This document shows, one piece after another, positions 51,750 to 62,690 of a stretch of DNA of 64,000 nt. The DNA comes from Octopus sinensis (lineage: Eukaryota), in assembly GCF_006345805.1 (NCBI RefSeq), contig NC_043006.1, forward strand, positions 82,274,001 through 82,338,000, in the 5' to 3' direction. Below the pieces are notes generated by a model. That model was not told the DNA's origin, made no database searches, and worked only from the letters and a program-made list of their open reading frames with translations. Every line of letters begins with the position of its first letter. Position 1 is the first letter of the stretch. Both the position numbers and the translations under genes were made by a program.

Positions 51750-54438
51750 GTTGAATAAGGTTAAAACATGGTCTAGTTTTAACGTTTTTCATTATGGTAT
51801 TTTAACATTAAAAAATATTTTGTAATGTTCATAAAGTTCAATTAGCGCTTTCATACATTCATAGTAATCATCAGATTTCAAAATGTATTTAACTGACAGT
51901 TGAGTTCTTGAATATGTTTCTAACGTTAAAATACCATGATAAAAAAACGTGAAAACCAGACCATGTTTTTACCTTATTCAACTGATATATTCACACAAAT
52001 TCGGAATATATATATATATGTGTGTGTGGGGTTAAGCAAATTAGACAGATCAGTATATGAAGTTTTACTATATTAATACATGAAATACAAGAAATGTACA
52101 GATGTTTACATACAAAAAGGTCCGACTTACACAGAATACAAATGAAATAGAGGATTAAAGAGGTTGAAGAAAAGTATTGCAAATTCAACACCTTTTTCTG
52201 GGGGCTCAGCAATCCAAAATAATGTATGTAGATTGATTTCGTCATAGGATGAGACGAGCCTCCGTCTTCAGGGAAGAGATCTTACATTTGAAGTGTTAAA
52301 GGAAAGAAGTTCAAATAATTTTCTTCAACTCCTTTAATCCTGTATTTCATTTGTATTCTGGATAGTTTTTGTTTTTTTTTGTATGTAAACATATTCTTTT
52401 ACAAGTTTCAATCATTTGATTTCGGCCATGCTGGAGCACCGCCTTTAGTAGAACAAATTGACTCCAGGACTTATTCTTTATAAGCTTAGTACTTATTCTA
52501 TCGGTCTCTTTTGCCGAGCTGCTAAGTTTCGGGGACATAAAGACACCAACATCGGTTGTCAAGCGATGGAGGGGAGACAGATATATAAACATACACACAC
52601 ACATAAATACGGTTTTAGAGTTGTTCCCCTTTAACTGCTGATAATTTTTGAAAATTTGCAGAAAACTTTAGAATGGCTAACTACAAGTGTATATAACCAC
52701 ATTAAGAGAATATAAATTCAAACCCTGCCGATACTGCTGCTTTTTTTTTTCCTCTTCAAGTATTAAAGTAGGCTTATGGTATGATAAGGTTGTCCAGGTC
52801 TTGTATATACATCCTATCTCTCTTTTCAGCCTGAAAGTATAGCTGCTAGAATAAGAATAGCCTGGGCAAAGTTCAGAGAGCTCTTACCTCTGCTGGTGAC
52901 AAAGGGCCTCTCGCTCAGAGTAAAATGTAGACTGTATGACGCATGTGTACGAACAGCCATGCTACATGGCAGTGAAACATGGGTCATGACTGCTGAAGAC
53001 ATGCATAAGCTTGAAAGGAATGTAGCCAGTATGCTCCACTGGATGTGTAATGTCAGTGTACATACTCAACAGAGTGTAAATACCTTGAGAGAAAAGTTGG
53101 ACCTAAGAAACATCAGATGTGGTGTGCAAGAGATGACTGCGCTGATATGGTCATGTAGCGAAAATGGATAAGGATAGCTGTGTGAAAAAGTGCCACACCC
53201 TAGCGGTTGAGGGAACCTGTGAAAGAGGTAGACCCAGGAAGACCTGGGATGAGGTGGTGAAACATGACCTTTGAAAATTAGGCCTCACTGAGGCAATGAC
53301 TAGTGACTGAGGCCTTTGGAAATATGCTGTACTTGCGAAGACCCAGCAAACCAAGTAAGACCATAACCTGTGGCCTATGCCAGGGGTGTAACCAGCCCAC
53401 TTATGTGTACCTTTTCTTCATTGGACACTAAACTCTGCTTGTGAAGACCTGTTGAGGCAAGTGAAATCGAAATCAAATTCAATGACTGACATCCATGCTT
53501 GTGGAGCACTAAGAGTACCATCCAAGCATGATCGTTGCCAGAGCAGCTGACTGGCTTCTATGCCGGTGGTACGTAAAAAGCACCATTTGAATGTGATCGT
53601 TACCAGCGTTGCCTTACCGACACTTGTGCCGGTGGCACGTGAAAAATATTCAAGTGAGGTCATTGCCAGTGCCATGTAAAAGACACCATTTGAGCAAGGC
53701 CATTGCTAGTACCACCTGACTGGCTCTTGTGCCAGTGGCACATAAAAGCACCCACTACACACTCAGAGTGGTTGGCATTAGGAAGGACATCAAGTTGTAG
53801 AAACTCTGCCAGATCAGATTGGAGCCTGGTGCAGCCATCTGGTTCGCCAGTCCTCAGTCAAATTGTCCAACCCATGCCAGCATGGAAAGCAGACGTTAAA
53901 CGATGATGATGATAGTGGATCTTGTGTTCAAAGACAATGGATGAAGGCCAAAAACTCCTCAATGAAGGATGTTGTATTAAAATGGCAAAACTTACAAGCA
54001 GTCAGTATATATAAACAGTTGTAAACCTAAATGCTGATCACTTAAACTGGGTCGAATTTGTAGAAGAGGAGACCCCTGAAGGCATGGGACAAAGTGTTGA
54101 AGGCCAATCTCAAGACACTGAGCCTTACGAAGGAGATGTCATATGATTGAGATATGTGCCACACAGCTGTACTCATGAAGACCTGCCCACCACAGCAAAA
54201 TTAAAATCTGTGCTGGTGCCATGTAAAAAGCAGCTACTACACTCTATGGAGTGGTTGGCATTAGGAAGGGCATCCAGCCATAACACCATGCCAAAACAGA
54301 CAATGGAGCCTGTTGTAACCCTTGGCCATACCAGCTTGGAAAACAGATGTTAAATGATGATAATGACGATGATGTAATGACACACTGACTATCAGCAAAA
54401 ATTTGAGTGTGTTGGTGAATAATGATAATACCAGTTCA

Positions 54439-54482
<44 letters not shown>

Positions 54483-57400
54483 GTATATATAAGGAAATAT
54501 ATGTTATTTAGAGATAGAAGTCTCCATGCAATTCATCAAATCCTAAAATTCTATGATATGGTGTGATGTATATTAGGATTTGATGAATTGCATGGGGACT
54601 TCTATCTCTAAATAACATATATTTCCTTATCGACAATAATTCAATTTACTTGAATCCCTGTGATGCTGGAATTTTTATTCCTTAATAAATAAAATAATAT
54701 ATATATATATATAAAACCTTACCTCTATCTGTTCCTGAATAGTCAAAATTTTTAAGCCATGATTCATCAGTTGTTTTTGGATACCACTGTGTATGTAAAG
54801 AGAATAAAATAAAATTTGAATTCTTTAGAAAGATATATTTTGTATAGATAACATACAAGGTGTACAGGCTTAATTTGACAGTTTGCATAAAAGGAAAAGA
54901 AAATACAATGTCCTAACCTGGATAGTAGACTAATCCTTCATTCAGTTTAACACCATTACCTGACTATGTCTCTAGCCAGAGGAGGTGGTGGTGGTGATGG
55001 TAGTGGTTGTCATGATGGTAGCAATGGTAATAGTGGTGGCAGTGGGGGTGATGATGGCATAGCTTTGAAATTATGCCCACTGACTTTGTTTCCCCATAAC
55101 TTTCAATAAAACGTTCTCCTATCAGTCTCAGAAAGACTGAAAATGTCCTGGGTACAACCCTTCTCCATTTGATTAAGCGATGGAAAGAAAATAGACACTT
55201 GTTACCTTTACTTAACGAACATTAATCTGAACATTCATCTAACTTCAACTATTTCATTAATCAGTGAGGTGTGTAAGAAAACAAACCTATACCTACATAA
55301 AAAAAAGATCTCTCAAAATATTACATACAAACAGAACTAACCTCACTGAATGATGAAGCACAAAGAGCTAATGTTGGAAAAGCCTAAATATCATAGATTA
55401 GGGATAAAAAGTGCTGAAAATGTAAATCTATTTTGGCACATGGATGAAAAGCAGGACATTTTCAGGAAGAGAAAGAGATAAAGCAATGGATATATAATAT
55501 TATACACAAAGGAAATTGAAGACATATTTATATATGTGTATATCTGGCTGTGTAGTTTAAGAAGTTTGCTTCACAACCATGCGGTCTCAGGTTCAGTTCT
55601 ACTGTGTGGCACCTTGGGCAATTGTCTTCAACTATAACCCTGAGCTGACCAAAGCACTATGAGTGGATTTGGTGTATGGAAACTGAAAGAAGCCCATCAT
55701 GTTACCACCACTAAGCTAAGATCTAAGCAGATCACTGAGCTCAGCAGTATGCTGCTCATCGAGGTCTGGCAGTTAGCATTCCAAGTACACAAGAGCATTT
55801 AAGACCAGTGTTAGGACGATATTAGTCACATGGAGATTTACTGTTTTTCAGAGTTCTGATGGTAGCATACCAATCAGTTATTAGTCAAGATAGTGGATGA
55901 TGGGTGTTTTCTAAAATCCTTCAATGATTACTAGATACACTGCTTTAGCAATAGGCTGAAGTGTTCCCTTCTATGCTTCTCTATTATTAACAGGTCTTTG
56001 AACAGAAAAGTGCCAACTACTGCCATACAGCAATTCCTTGTGCCACAGGGTCTTTATTGCATCATCAGTATCATGTATGCCATACAAGTCTGCATAAATC
56101 TGATTTTGTTGAGTTTTTGCAATTCACCAGTCACTTTTTAGAATGCAAGGAGTGGATTAAACCCTACTCTGAAGACCTTACTCTTTTTACTTGTTTCAGT
56201 CATTTGACTGCAGTCATGCTGGAGCACCGCCTTTTAGTCGAGCAAATCGACCCCAGGTCTTATTCTTTGTAAGCCTTCTACTTATTCTATCGGTCTCTTT
56301 TTGCCGAACCGCTAAGTTACAGGGACGTAAACACACCAGCATCGGTTGTCAAGCGATGTTGGGGGGGACAAACACACACACACATATATATATACATATA
56401 TACGACAGGCTTCTTTTCAGTTTCCGTCTACCAAATCCACTCACAAGGCTTTGGTCGGCCCGAGGCTATGGTGCCACGCAGTGGGACTGAACCAAGAACC
56501 ATGTGGTTGGTAAGCAAGCTACTTACCACACAGCCACTCCTGCACCTTGTCCATTTTTTTTTTATAAGTGAATGTTCAGTGTTTCTTTGTCAGCCTTGTA
56601 TGTTATTCAGGAATGTGATGGAGCTCTCACTGAATAACTCTTGATAATATTTTGTTTTTCATTCTATGGTTTCTCATTCATTACCAGCACTTAAGGTAAT
56701 GGGTCCTTCTGAAACTTTTAGTTTTGACATCTATTGAAGGAAGGAGGATGGGGTGGGGAGTCAAGTTGACACCTGATTTTTGGTGCTCTTGAGTGCATAT
56801 ATAACCCAACCTCACCTTTGTCAATATAATGTGACTGTCCAACATTCAGCTTCACCTTATTGCACAGGTAAGCAGAACATCTTTGTGATCTACTTGCATG
56901 ATCATGAGGAAAGATGTCAATATTTGGATCTGGTAGTTTTTGATGGAAGTGTTGGTAACCATAAGGTTATGCACAACAGGTGAGATTGTGAGGTGTTATA
57001 GTGAGGAGGATGTGTGTAAAGTCTAATGCTATTCCTGTTAGCTATCTTTCATCATGCTCTCTGATCACTTAGTCCCCAGTTTGCTTACTCTTCTATACTC
57101 TTGCATCAAAATTAACCATTACGATGACTTTACTCTCGGATGTAGATCAGTGCCTGGTATAAGCATCATCATCATTTAATGCATGTTCTCTATGCTGGCA
57201 AGGGTAGAACAGTTTGACTAGAGCCAGCAAGCTGGGACCTGCACCAGACTCCATTTTGATTTGACATGGTTTCTATGGCTAGATGCCCTTCCTAATGCCA
57301 ACCACTTTATAGAGTGTGCAGGGTAATTTTATATGGCACCGCCTGGGTGCTTTTACATGGTGCCACATGGGTGTGCTTTTATGTGGCACATCATATAGCA

Positions 57401-59012
57401 GGGGCAATATATAAGCACCTCAGTAAGATAACATAGCAAACTTACAACCAGTGGCACATGTGAACCAGCACAAGACAACTGGTTTACACCAACTGACATA
57501 TTCAATAACTTTGGCTGCAGACAGTTCTTCACAGCAAAACCAATGATATGTTGGTGATGTCCCTTCTCACGGTAGCCCAATGACTATAGGAGCTGTTCTG
57601 TTCTAGGGGTTGATCTAGTCTGTTGCTAAACCCAAGAAGTGTCTTTATATTCCATGTGATATGTCTGAGGGATATTCTGTAAGTTTTCTTAATCGATCAA
57701 AAATCAATGGAAATTGTAGTTGTGATACCATCCGAATGTGGCCGTTGCCAGTGCCGCCTCGACTGGCCTCCGTGGTTGGTGTTAGGAAGGGCATCCAGCT
57801 GTAGAAACACTGCCAGATCAGACTGGGCCTGATGAAACACCAAGTGGAATATTCTGACAGGTACTGTTTCCTGCCTCAAGTTTATGCTGAGTGCACTGAA
57901 ATAGAAATGCATGCAGCAGGCATATCCTTTTGAGGAGGTAATTCATCTCCATTGCTCATATGGCTTGTCAAATTAAATCCCCCATTTGTTGTTTCACCTG
58001 AAATCAATAATCTCATCGATCAGACAAAAGGCAAAGGCTTGCTTCATTATCTAATATGTCATCATCTCCTTTTCTAAGTTGTAAGGTGTGAATTGAGGGA
58101 GATTTGGCTATTTTCTAGCAGGTCGAGTAACTATGAAGAGCAGCAGTTCCCAACTAATTTTTACCTCCCTTTGATTCCTATTTTACTCAGATTGTACCCC
58201 CACAGTCATTTGATGTTTTAAAAGCCCTATTATATTTTAATAATTAAGTATCATAAGGAATTATATAAAAAGATTGTTAAACTATTTTATATATTGTAGA
58301 AGTATAGCCAAACCAATTTGTTGCACATAAATACAACAAAATCTTATATAAAACCCCTAAGGGTCATACGAACCCAGTTGAGAACCATTGATGTAGAGCA
58401 GGGCTGGCCAACCTGACGCACGCTGGACGCACGAGGCCCACTTGATACTTTCTTGAAGTATTGTGTTTAATTTCAAAATAAAATTGTTTGTGTAAAACAT
58501 TTGTTTCGAGGTAAAGTTAAAATTTATAAGTGGTAATGAAGTAATAGCCTACAATTTTATAATTTTAAAAAAGTTTCTGTGATTAAAGTGGCCCTTAATG
58601 TAATTCGAGTTGGCCAGGCCTGATGTAGAGGCTTACTCTTATCAGGATAATGAGATTTCCTAGACTCATCTACAATGCAACAGGGCAGTGGTTGATAAGT
58701 TCCAAAACTGGTTCACTAGAGTGGGCCTGCACAGTATATCTCTGGGATCCACTACGCATCCAAGTTAGACTGGACCAGCAGGATGTGTATAGCTGCCAGC
58801 AACAGTTTTGATAAGAGAGGTGTTTACTAGGAGAAAAACTGGATCTATTCCATCTCATAGATCAAAAAAATTAATGTACTTCCCGGTTCAACACAGGAGC
58901 AAGTCAGCGGCAGCGAGCGATATTCAAGAGGGTTGCAAACAAGTGGGAAACAGTCTAGCAATTAGCCCCCAGCAGAGACATACACACATATATAAATGCA
59001 GTGATATATATA

Positions 59013-59093
<81 letters not shown>

Positions 59094-59171
59094 TATATGT
59101 ATGTGTGTATATATATGTGTATGTGTGTGTGTATATATAGATAGATAGATAGATAGATAGATATGTGTGTA

Positions 59172-59204
<33 letters not shown>

Positions 59205-59617
59205 GATGATGATGATGGTAATGATGGATTCGCTTATCGTGAACGACAAATGAGAGCAGGGCCGGCTCACGTTACCGGCAACTCGGGCAGTCGCCCGGGT
59301 CGCCAAAGAAGGCGTGACAAAGACACCACGGCCGTCAGCTTGTACACGCCGAAGTTCAGCTTGCCCGGGGCACCAGCAACCCTAGGATCGGCCCTGATTG
59401 AAGGATCAGTAAAACAAAGCATTAAATATTTTCTATGGACACGAATGTGTCTCCTAGGGCCTGTTGTTGCCTGGCAAACCTTTTGGCAAATGGAACAAGT
59501 TGAAGACTCAGTTTGCTCGAGTGCTTATGGATCATTTACTAAGTTTTTTTTTGTTTGTTGTTTTAGTGAACGGCAAGGCTCGCCTTGCTTCGTGCCAGAA
59601 AACCACTATATACACAC

Positions 59618-59654
<37 letters not shown>

Positions 59655-60150
59655 GAGTCGCAACTTTACAAATGGAGCTTTGATTTCACGTGTGTATTTC
59701 ACTGTCATGCGTGTTCTTCAAATTATGAATTTAAAAAAGTCAAGATGTTATTGTCTCCCTTGATACAAAACACTCAGCAAGGATGAGTCCAACAGATTAA
59801 TTAAAGCGAATAATACCGAGATTAATGTAATAAATAAATGTCCCCGCCTCTCTCTAAATATATATTCTAAATTCTAAATAAACCAGACTCGAGCGATGCT
59901 TTTCCACCCATTCGGGAAGATAAAACACTAGTAGAATTTTGTAAAGTAACTTCATTCGACAGTGCCCTTGCAAAACACAACCTTGAACCTTACATATATA
60001 TATATATACATGTTAGTGTACAGGATTTATTTAGAATTAAAAGGAAAACTGGTGCGTTGAAAGAGATCTAAGAAATCAATTACGTGAAAATGGTTTTTAT
60101 TACCTGTAGTTTGTTCCAATATACGATATGAATATCAAAAAGCGTCCCAT
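32327..60150 (-). CDS. PUSL1: tRNA pseudouridine synthase-like 1 (TruA family), 8 coding exons, 328 aa
   Basis: Exons 60104-60150, 54723-54786, 47420-47532, 45057-45137, 44089-44250, 41741-41966, 33572-33737, 32327-32454 total 987 nt, GT-AG, phases consistent. Motifs SYIGTNYSG, SSRTDAGVHA (catalytic Asp), RSYMYR, GTHDF, SFLFRQIRRMV, LPACGLYL. The PUSL1 subfamily call is by resemblance. Confidence 0.88.
32589..32701. repeat. Palindromic MITE-like hairpin in the last PUSL1 intron
   Basis: gccgccatctcttcagttat..ggccatcggaa / ttccgatggcc..ataactgaagagacggcggc; ends aggtggaa/ttccacct. Confidence 0.8.
33572..33737 (-). CDS. PUSL1: PUSL1-like exon 7 (IRRMVG...LPACGLYLSNIYY)
   Basis: ttgcag| ... 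G|gtaata. Confidence 0.9.
34633..35040 (+). mobile_element. SINE family A (diverged)
   Basis: Homology. Confidence 0.75.
35572..35895 (-). mobile_element. Family C SINE-like repeat (ggatgcccttcctaacgccaacc core, (CAT)n end)
   Basis: Reverse complement of 36481-36960. More than 15 copies in the window, e.g. 28830, 39705, 41226, 49245, 50100, 51292, 53370, 57165. Confidence 0.75.
36088..36455 (+). mobile_element. SINE family E, near full length
   Basis: tRNA-like head with A/B boxes, tail ...aaccgacggagtgc. Confidence 0.85.
36481..36960 (+). mobile_element. Family C SINE-like repeat with internal tandem subunits
   Basis: catcatcgtttaacgtccgc... start; repeated tttacgtgccacc.gcac subunits. 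Confidence 0.75.
38225..38610 (-). mobile_element. RTE-clade LINE 3' fragment
   Basis: ORF 38322-38561 LRRTEKAMVREMCGVRL...RWYGHVLRR. Confidence 0.8.
41741..41966 (-). CDS. PUSL1: PUSL1-like exon 6 (RPIDM...GTHDF...SFLFRQ)
   Basis: cctag| ... CAG|gtaagc. Confidence 0.9.
42069..42270. mobile_element. piggyBac-type MITE
   Basis: TTAA-ctctttagcatt ... aatgctaaaagg-TTAA (TSD 42065-68, 42271-74). Confidence 0.7.
42943..43310 (+). mobile_element. Tandem SINE family B
   Basis: Head plus duplicated body. Confidence 0.8.
44089..44250 (-). CDS. PUSL1: PUSL1-like exon 5 (ITNVLRVNDDFHCRR...RSYMYR)
   Basis: ttttag| ... TG|gtaaga. Confidence 0.88.
45057..45137 (-). CDS. PUSL1: PUSL1-like exon 4 (NEDCEYDPQFLKNGMNYWL...)
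   Basis: ttttaaag| ... CG|gttagt; bridges phase 2 to phase 2. Confidence 0.8.
45310..46135 (-). mobile_element. Two SINE family B copies (45310-45540, 45905-46135)
   Basis: Near-identical full-length copies. Confidence 0.85.
47420..47532 (-). CDS. PUSL1: PUSL1-like exon 3 (catalytic SSRTDAGVHA)
   Basis: ttttcag| ... AA|gtgagt. Confidence 0.92.
47602..48580 (-). mobile_element. 5'-truncated CR1/L2-type LINE with open RT C-terminal ORF (290 aa) and (TAAC)n tail
   Basis: ORF 47699-48571 LGPLLFLVFINDLP...FTDDVK...KDLGI...VRPTLEY; short tandem 3' tail. Confidence 0.88.
48760..49152 (+). mobile_element. SINE family A
   Basis: Full homology. Confidence 0.85.
49605..50085 (+). mobile_element. Decayed RTE LINE 3' fragment
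   Basis: DNA homology to 52815-53370. Confidence 0.75.
50413..50793 (+). mobile_element. SINE family A (diverged)
   Basis: Homology. Confidence 0.8.
51745..51987. mobile_element. TA-flanked MITE with ~65-bp TIRs
   Basis: atcagttgaataaggttaaaacatggtc... / ...gaccatgtttttaccttattcaactgat. Confidence 0.8.
52815..53370 (+). mobile_element. RTE LINE 3' fragment
   Basis: RIRIAWAKFRELLPLLVTKGLSLRVKCRLYDACVRTAMLHGSETW. Confidence 0.85.
54489..54630. repeat. Near-perfect inverted repeat, 58-bp arms, 26-nt loop
   Basis: 54489-54546 vs 54573-54630; single mismatch 54523/54596. Confidence 0.92.
54723..54786 (-). CDS. PUSL1: PUSL1-like exon 2 (SGIQKQ...TIQEQIE)
   Basis: cacag| ... GAG|gtaagg. Confidence 0.85.
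56180..56545 (-). mobile_element. SINE family A
   Basis: Full homology. Confidence 0.85.
58141..58390. mobile_element. hAT-Charlie-type MITE
   Basis: TIRs cagcagttcccaac / gttgagaaccattg; TSD atgaagag / atgtagag. Confidence 0.65.
58399..58622. mobile_element. hAT-Charlie-type MITE
   Basis: TIRs cagggctggccaac / gttggccaggcctg; perfect 8-bp TSD ATGTAGAG (58391-98, 58623-30). Confidence 0.85.
59257..59396. mobile_element. GC-rich hAT-type MITE
   Basis: TIR cagggccg / cggccctg; subterminal gcccggg motifs; TSD only 5/8 matched. Confidence 0.6.
60104..60150 (-). CDS. PUSL1: PUSL1-like exon 1 (MGRFLIFISYIGTNY)
   Basis: ATG at 60150, donor AG|gtaata. Confidence 0.85.
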
Positions 60151-60439
60151 TTCAAGAGTTTTATTTTCTTTCCACTTGCTTTTTGTTTAATTATAATTAC
60201 ACTTAATTGTGTAACGGTTATCTTCTTAGAATGACAGAGAACGACAGCATCTCAAGGTAACCTGTATGAAGTAGATTTGAAATTTTTTACTCAGGAGTTT
60301 TCTTTACACATTTAAAAAAAAAATCAAATATGTAGCATTTGAGGACAATTTTTATAAAATTTGTTATTTTTTTAATTGATTAATTAATTACTTATTCATC
60401 GATTTTCATGACGAACAAAAAATAATTTGTTGTTTAATT

Positions 60440-60700
60440 ACAATTGTTTCCCAGCTCGGAACATTTCAATCGCGGGACACATGGTTGTTGACGCATGCGT
60501 GGTAACAAGGTTTATGTGATGATAGCGAGGCTATGCAACGTGGATCACCGGTCACTTCCGTTTACTCTGACCTACAAGCAAAACCCTTCGGCAGCGGCGG
60601 CCCGTGTCTTTAGTGATCCTTTCTCACTGCCCCATCCATTGTGACCCTGCCTTTTTTTTGCATTTGCCAGGGACAACTGGATATCTTAATCTGAGGGGTA
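60440..60700. promoter_or_regulatory. Likely promoter of PUSL1-like gene, possibly bidirectional
   Basis: CpG-rich island ~350-450 bp upstream of the ATG. Palindrome ACGCATGCGT (60491-60500, NRF1-like), CACTTCCG (60553-60560, ETS-like), plus-strand donor GAGGG|gtaagc at 60698. Confidence 0.5.
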
Positions 60701-62504
60701 AGCCTTAAAGCTATTAAATTTTTTTCTTTGGTACATATATATACATATATATGATATATACATACATGCAGTGTATATATCATATAGCGGCACTTTGCTT
60801 TAAAATGTGTCAGAATCGGTCAGTGAAAGGCCATTCTGTTCCCCGAATTAACGGTCATTTTCTTATCCTCTTTCCATTTTTTTTTTTAAATAGCTTCAAC
60901 GACAAAACACTTTATTACTCGTTCCGTTGCTAACAAATGACTTAAACTAGACACAGACATATTCTAAAGAAACTGTGAGGAGGGTGTAACAAACAAAAAA
61001 GAAGTTGAATACCTCAGCATATTTCTTCTGTTTGCTGTACTTTTATAAGAAGTTTCTAGTTAAGAACGTCTACTTATCAATTCTTGTTTCTATCACAGTC
61101 ATCATCGATATCATTATTATTATCATTATTATTCGTTATCGTTTTATATCTCGGTGAGGCTGTTTTCTAGGTGATGAAAGAAAAACGACGAGTTTGATTT
61201 CAGAAATATGTCTATGTACCATTCGTTTCTCTTCACCCAACGTAGCGCCTAGTTCGTTTTCATTTTTATTGATTCTTTGCAGAGAAAGGGGTTTAGTCGA
61301 GTTAATCATAAAATGTGTATTCTGTATCTTGATCCCGGAAGGCCGAGAGACGAAGTTGACTCTGCGAATTCTATTTGAACTTAAAGCATTGAAGTACAGA
61401 AAACGTAGCATAATTATATATGTATTCTATACAAAAGCAACCTTGTTCAACTATTCACTTCAAGTTATTGAATGAATTCAGAGGATATAGACAAAATATT
61501 TGGTCATGAAGTGACGAATAGTTGATCACGTTTTATCCTATTTCCTCATTTTCATGACAGTCCAGTGGAATGCCAAGACTGTTGAGCGTCGAAACGAAAT
61601 ACTTGTTTCCTCTTCGCCTCTCACCGAGGTCAAATTCAACTTCGTTATTCATCCTTACGAGGTCGATACAAACGAAATGACAGTCAAATACGAGGGTCGA
61701 TTTAATATTCTTTTTATAAATTCTATGAGAATGGAATGAGTTGGCTCTAGGGTGAAAAAAATTGTGATTTTTTTTTTTTCGTTCACATTTGCATAAGATA
61801 AAGTTACATATACATAGGTAAGAAATATCCTTTCGAAGTACAACTAATTTGTAGTCTACGTAACATTTTAGTTGAGCAAAATTAATAATTAACTAGATTA
61901 TGTTGCCTTTGTGAATGAAGCCTTCTGTCTACTGCTAGTTAGTGTGCTTGTAAAAGCATCTACTTGCATGTATTGTTGCTTAGCTCCGAGTCGGCCTTCT
62001 TTTGGGAAATATCTATGGTTACATTATTCCTTTAGTTTTTTTTTCCCCTTTTTATGAAGACGTATAAGAAGAATCTGTCTACAAACGTCGAATATGTCGT
62101 TTAAATATACATGCTGGGTATGTTTGTACCTCTCGCATACACGTATATTCAGACACGTGTGTGTGGCTTAAAACTTGAGTTCCGTGAAAAGTGAGTGTAT
62201 ACACACGCACACACAAAAACACGTATTTTACAGGGTATATAAATAGAATACGTTCGGAGATTAGTACGTGGCGGGTACGTGGCATTCGTTTTTCAGTTAT
62301 TGATGCAGGCCTATCCCCACCTCCACTTCAGTCTATGAAAAGAGGGTAGTTTCTGAAACAGATACTTTTATTCTTTTCATGTTCCATAAAAAAAAAGTAT
62401 GCGTACTGGAGTCGATGTAATCGATTAGACCACTCTCCCAAAATTTCAAACCTTGTGCATATAATAGAAAGGATTATTACTGTTGTTATTGAGGTGACGA
62501 GTTG

Positions 62505-62690
62505 GCAAGATCCGATAGCACGCCGGACAAAATGCTTAGTGGCATTTGTCTCGGCTTTACGTTCTGAATTCAAATTCTGCCGAGGTCGACTTTGCCCTTT
62601 CATCCTTTCGGGATCGATGAAATAATTACCAGTTGAATACTAGGGCCGATGTAATCGATTAGTCCCCTCCCTTACAAATTTCAGGCTTTG
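62505..62690 (+). mobile_element. SINE family B
   Basis: Homology. Confidence 0.8.
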
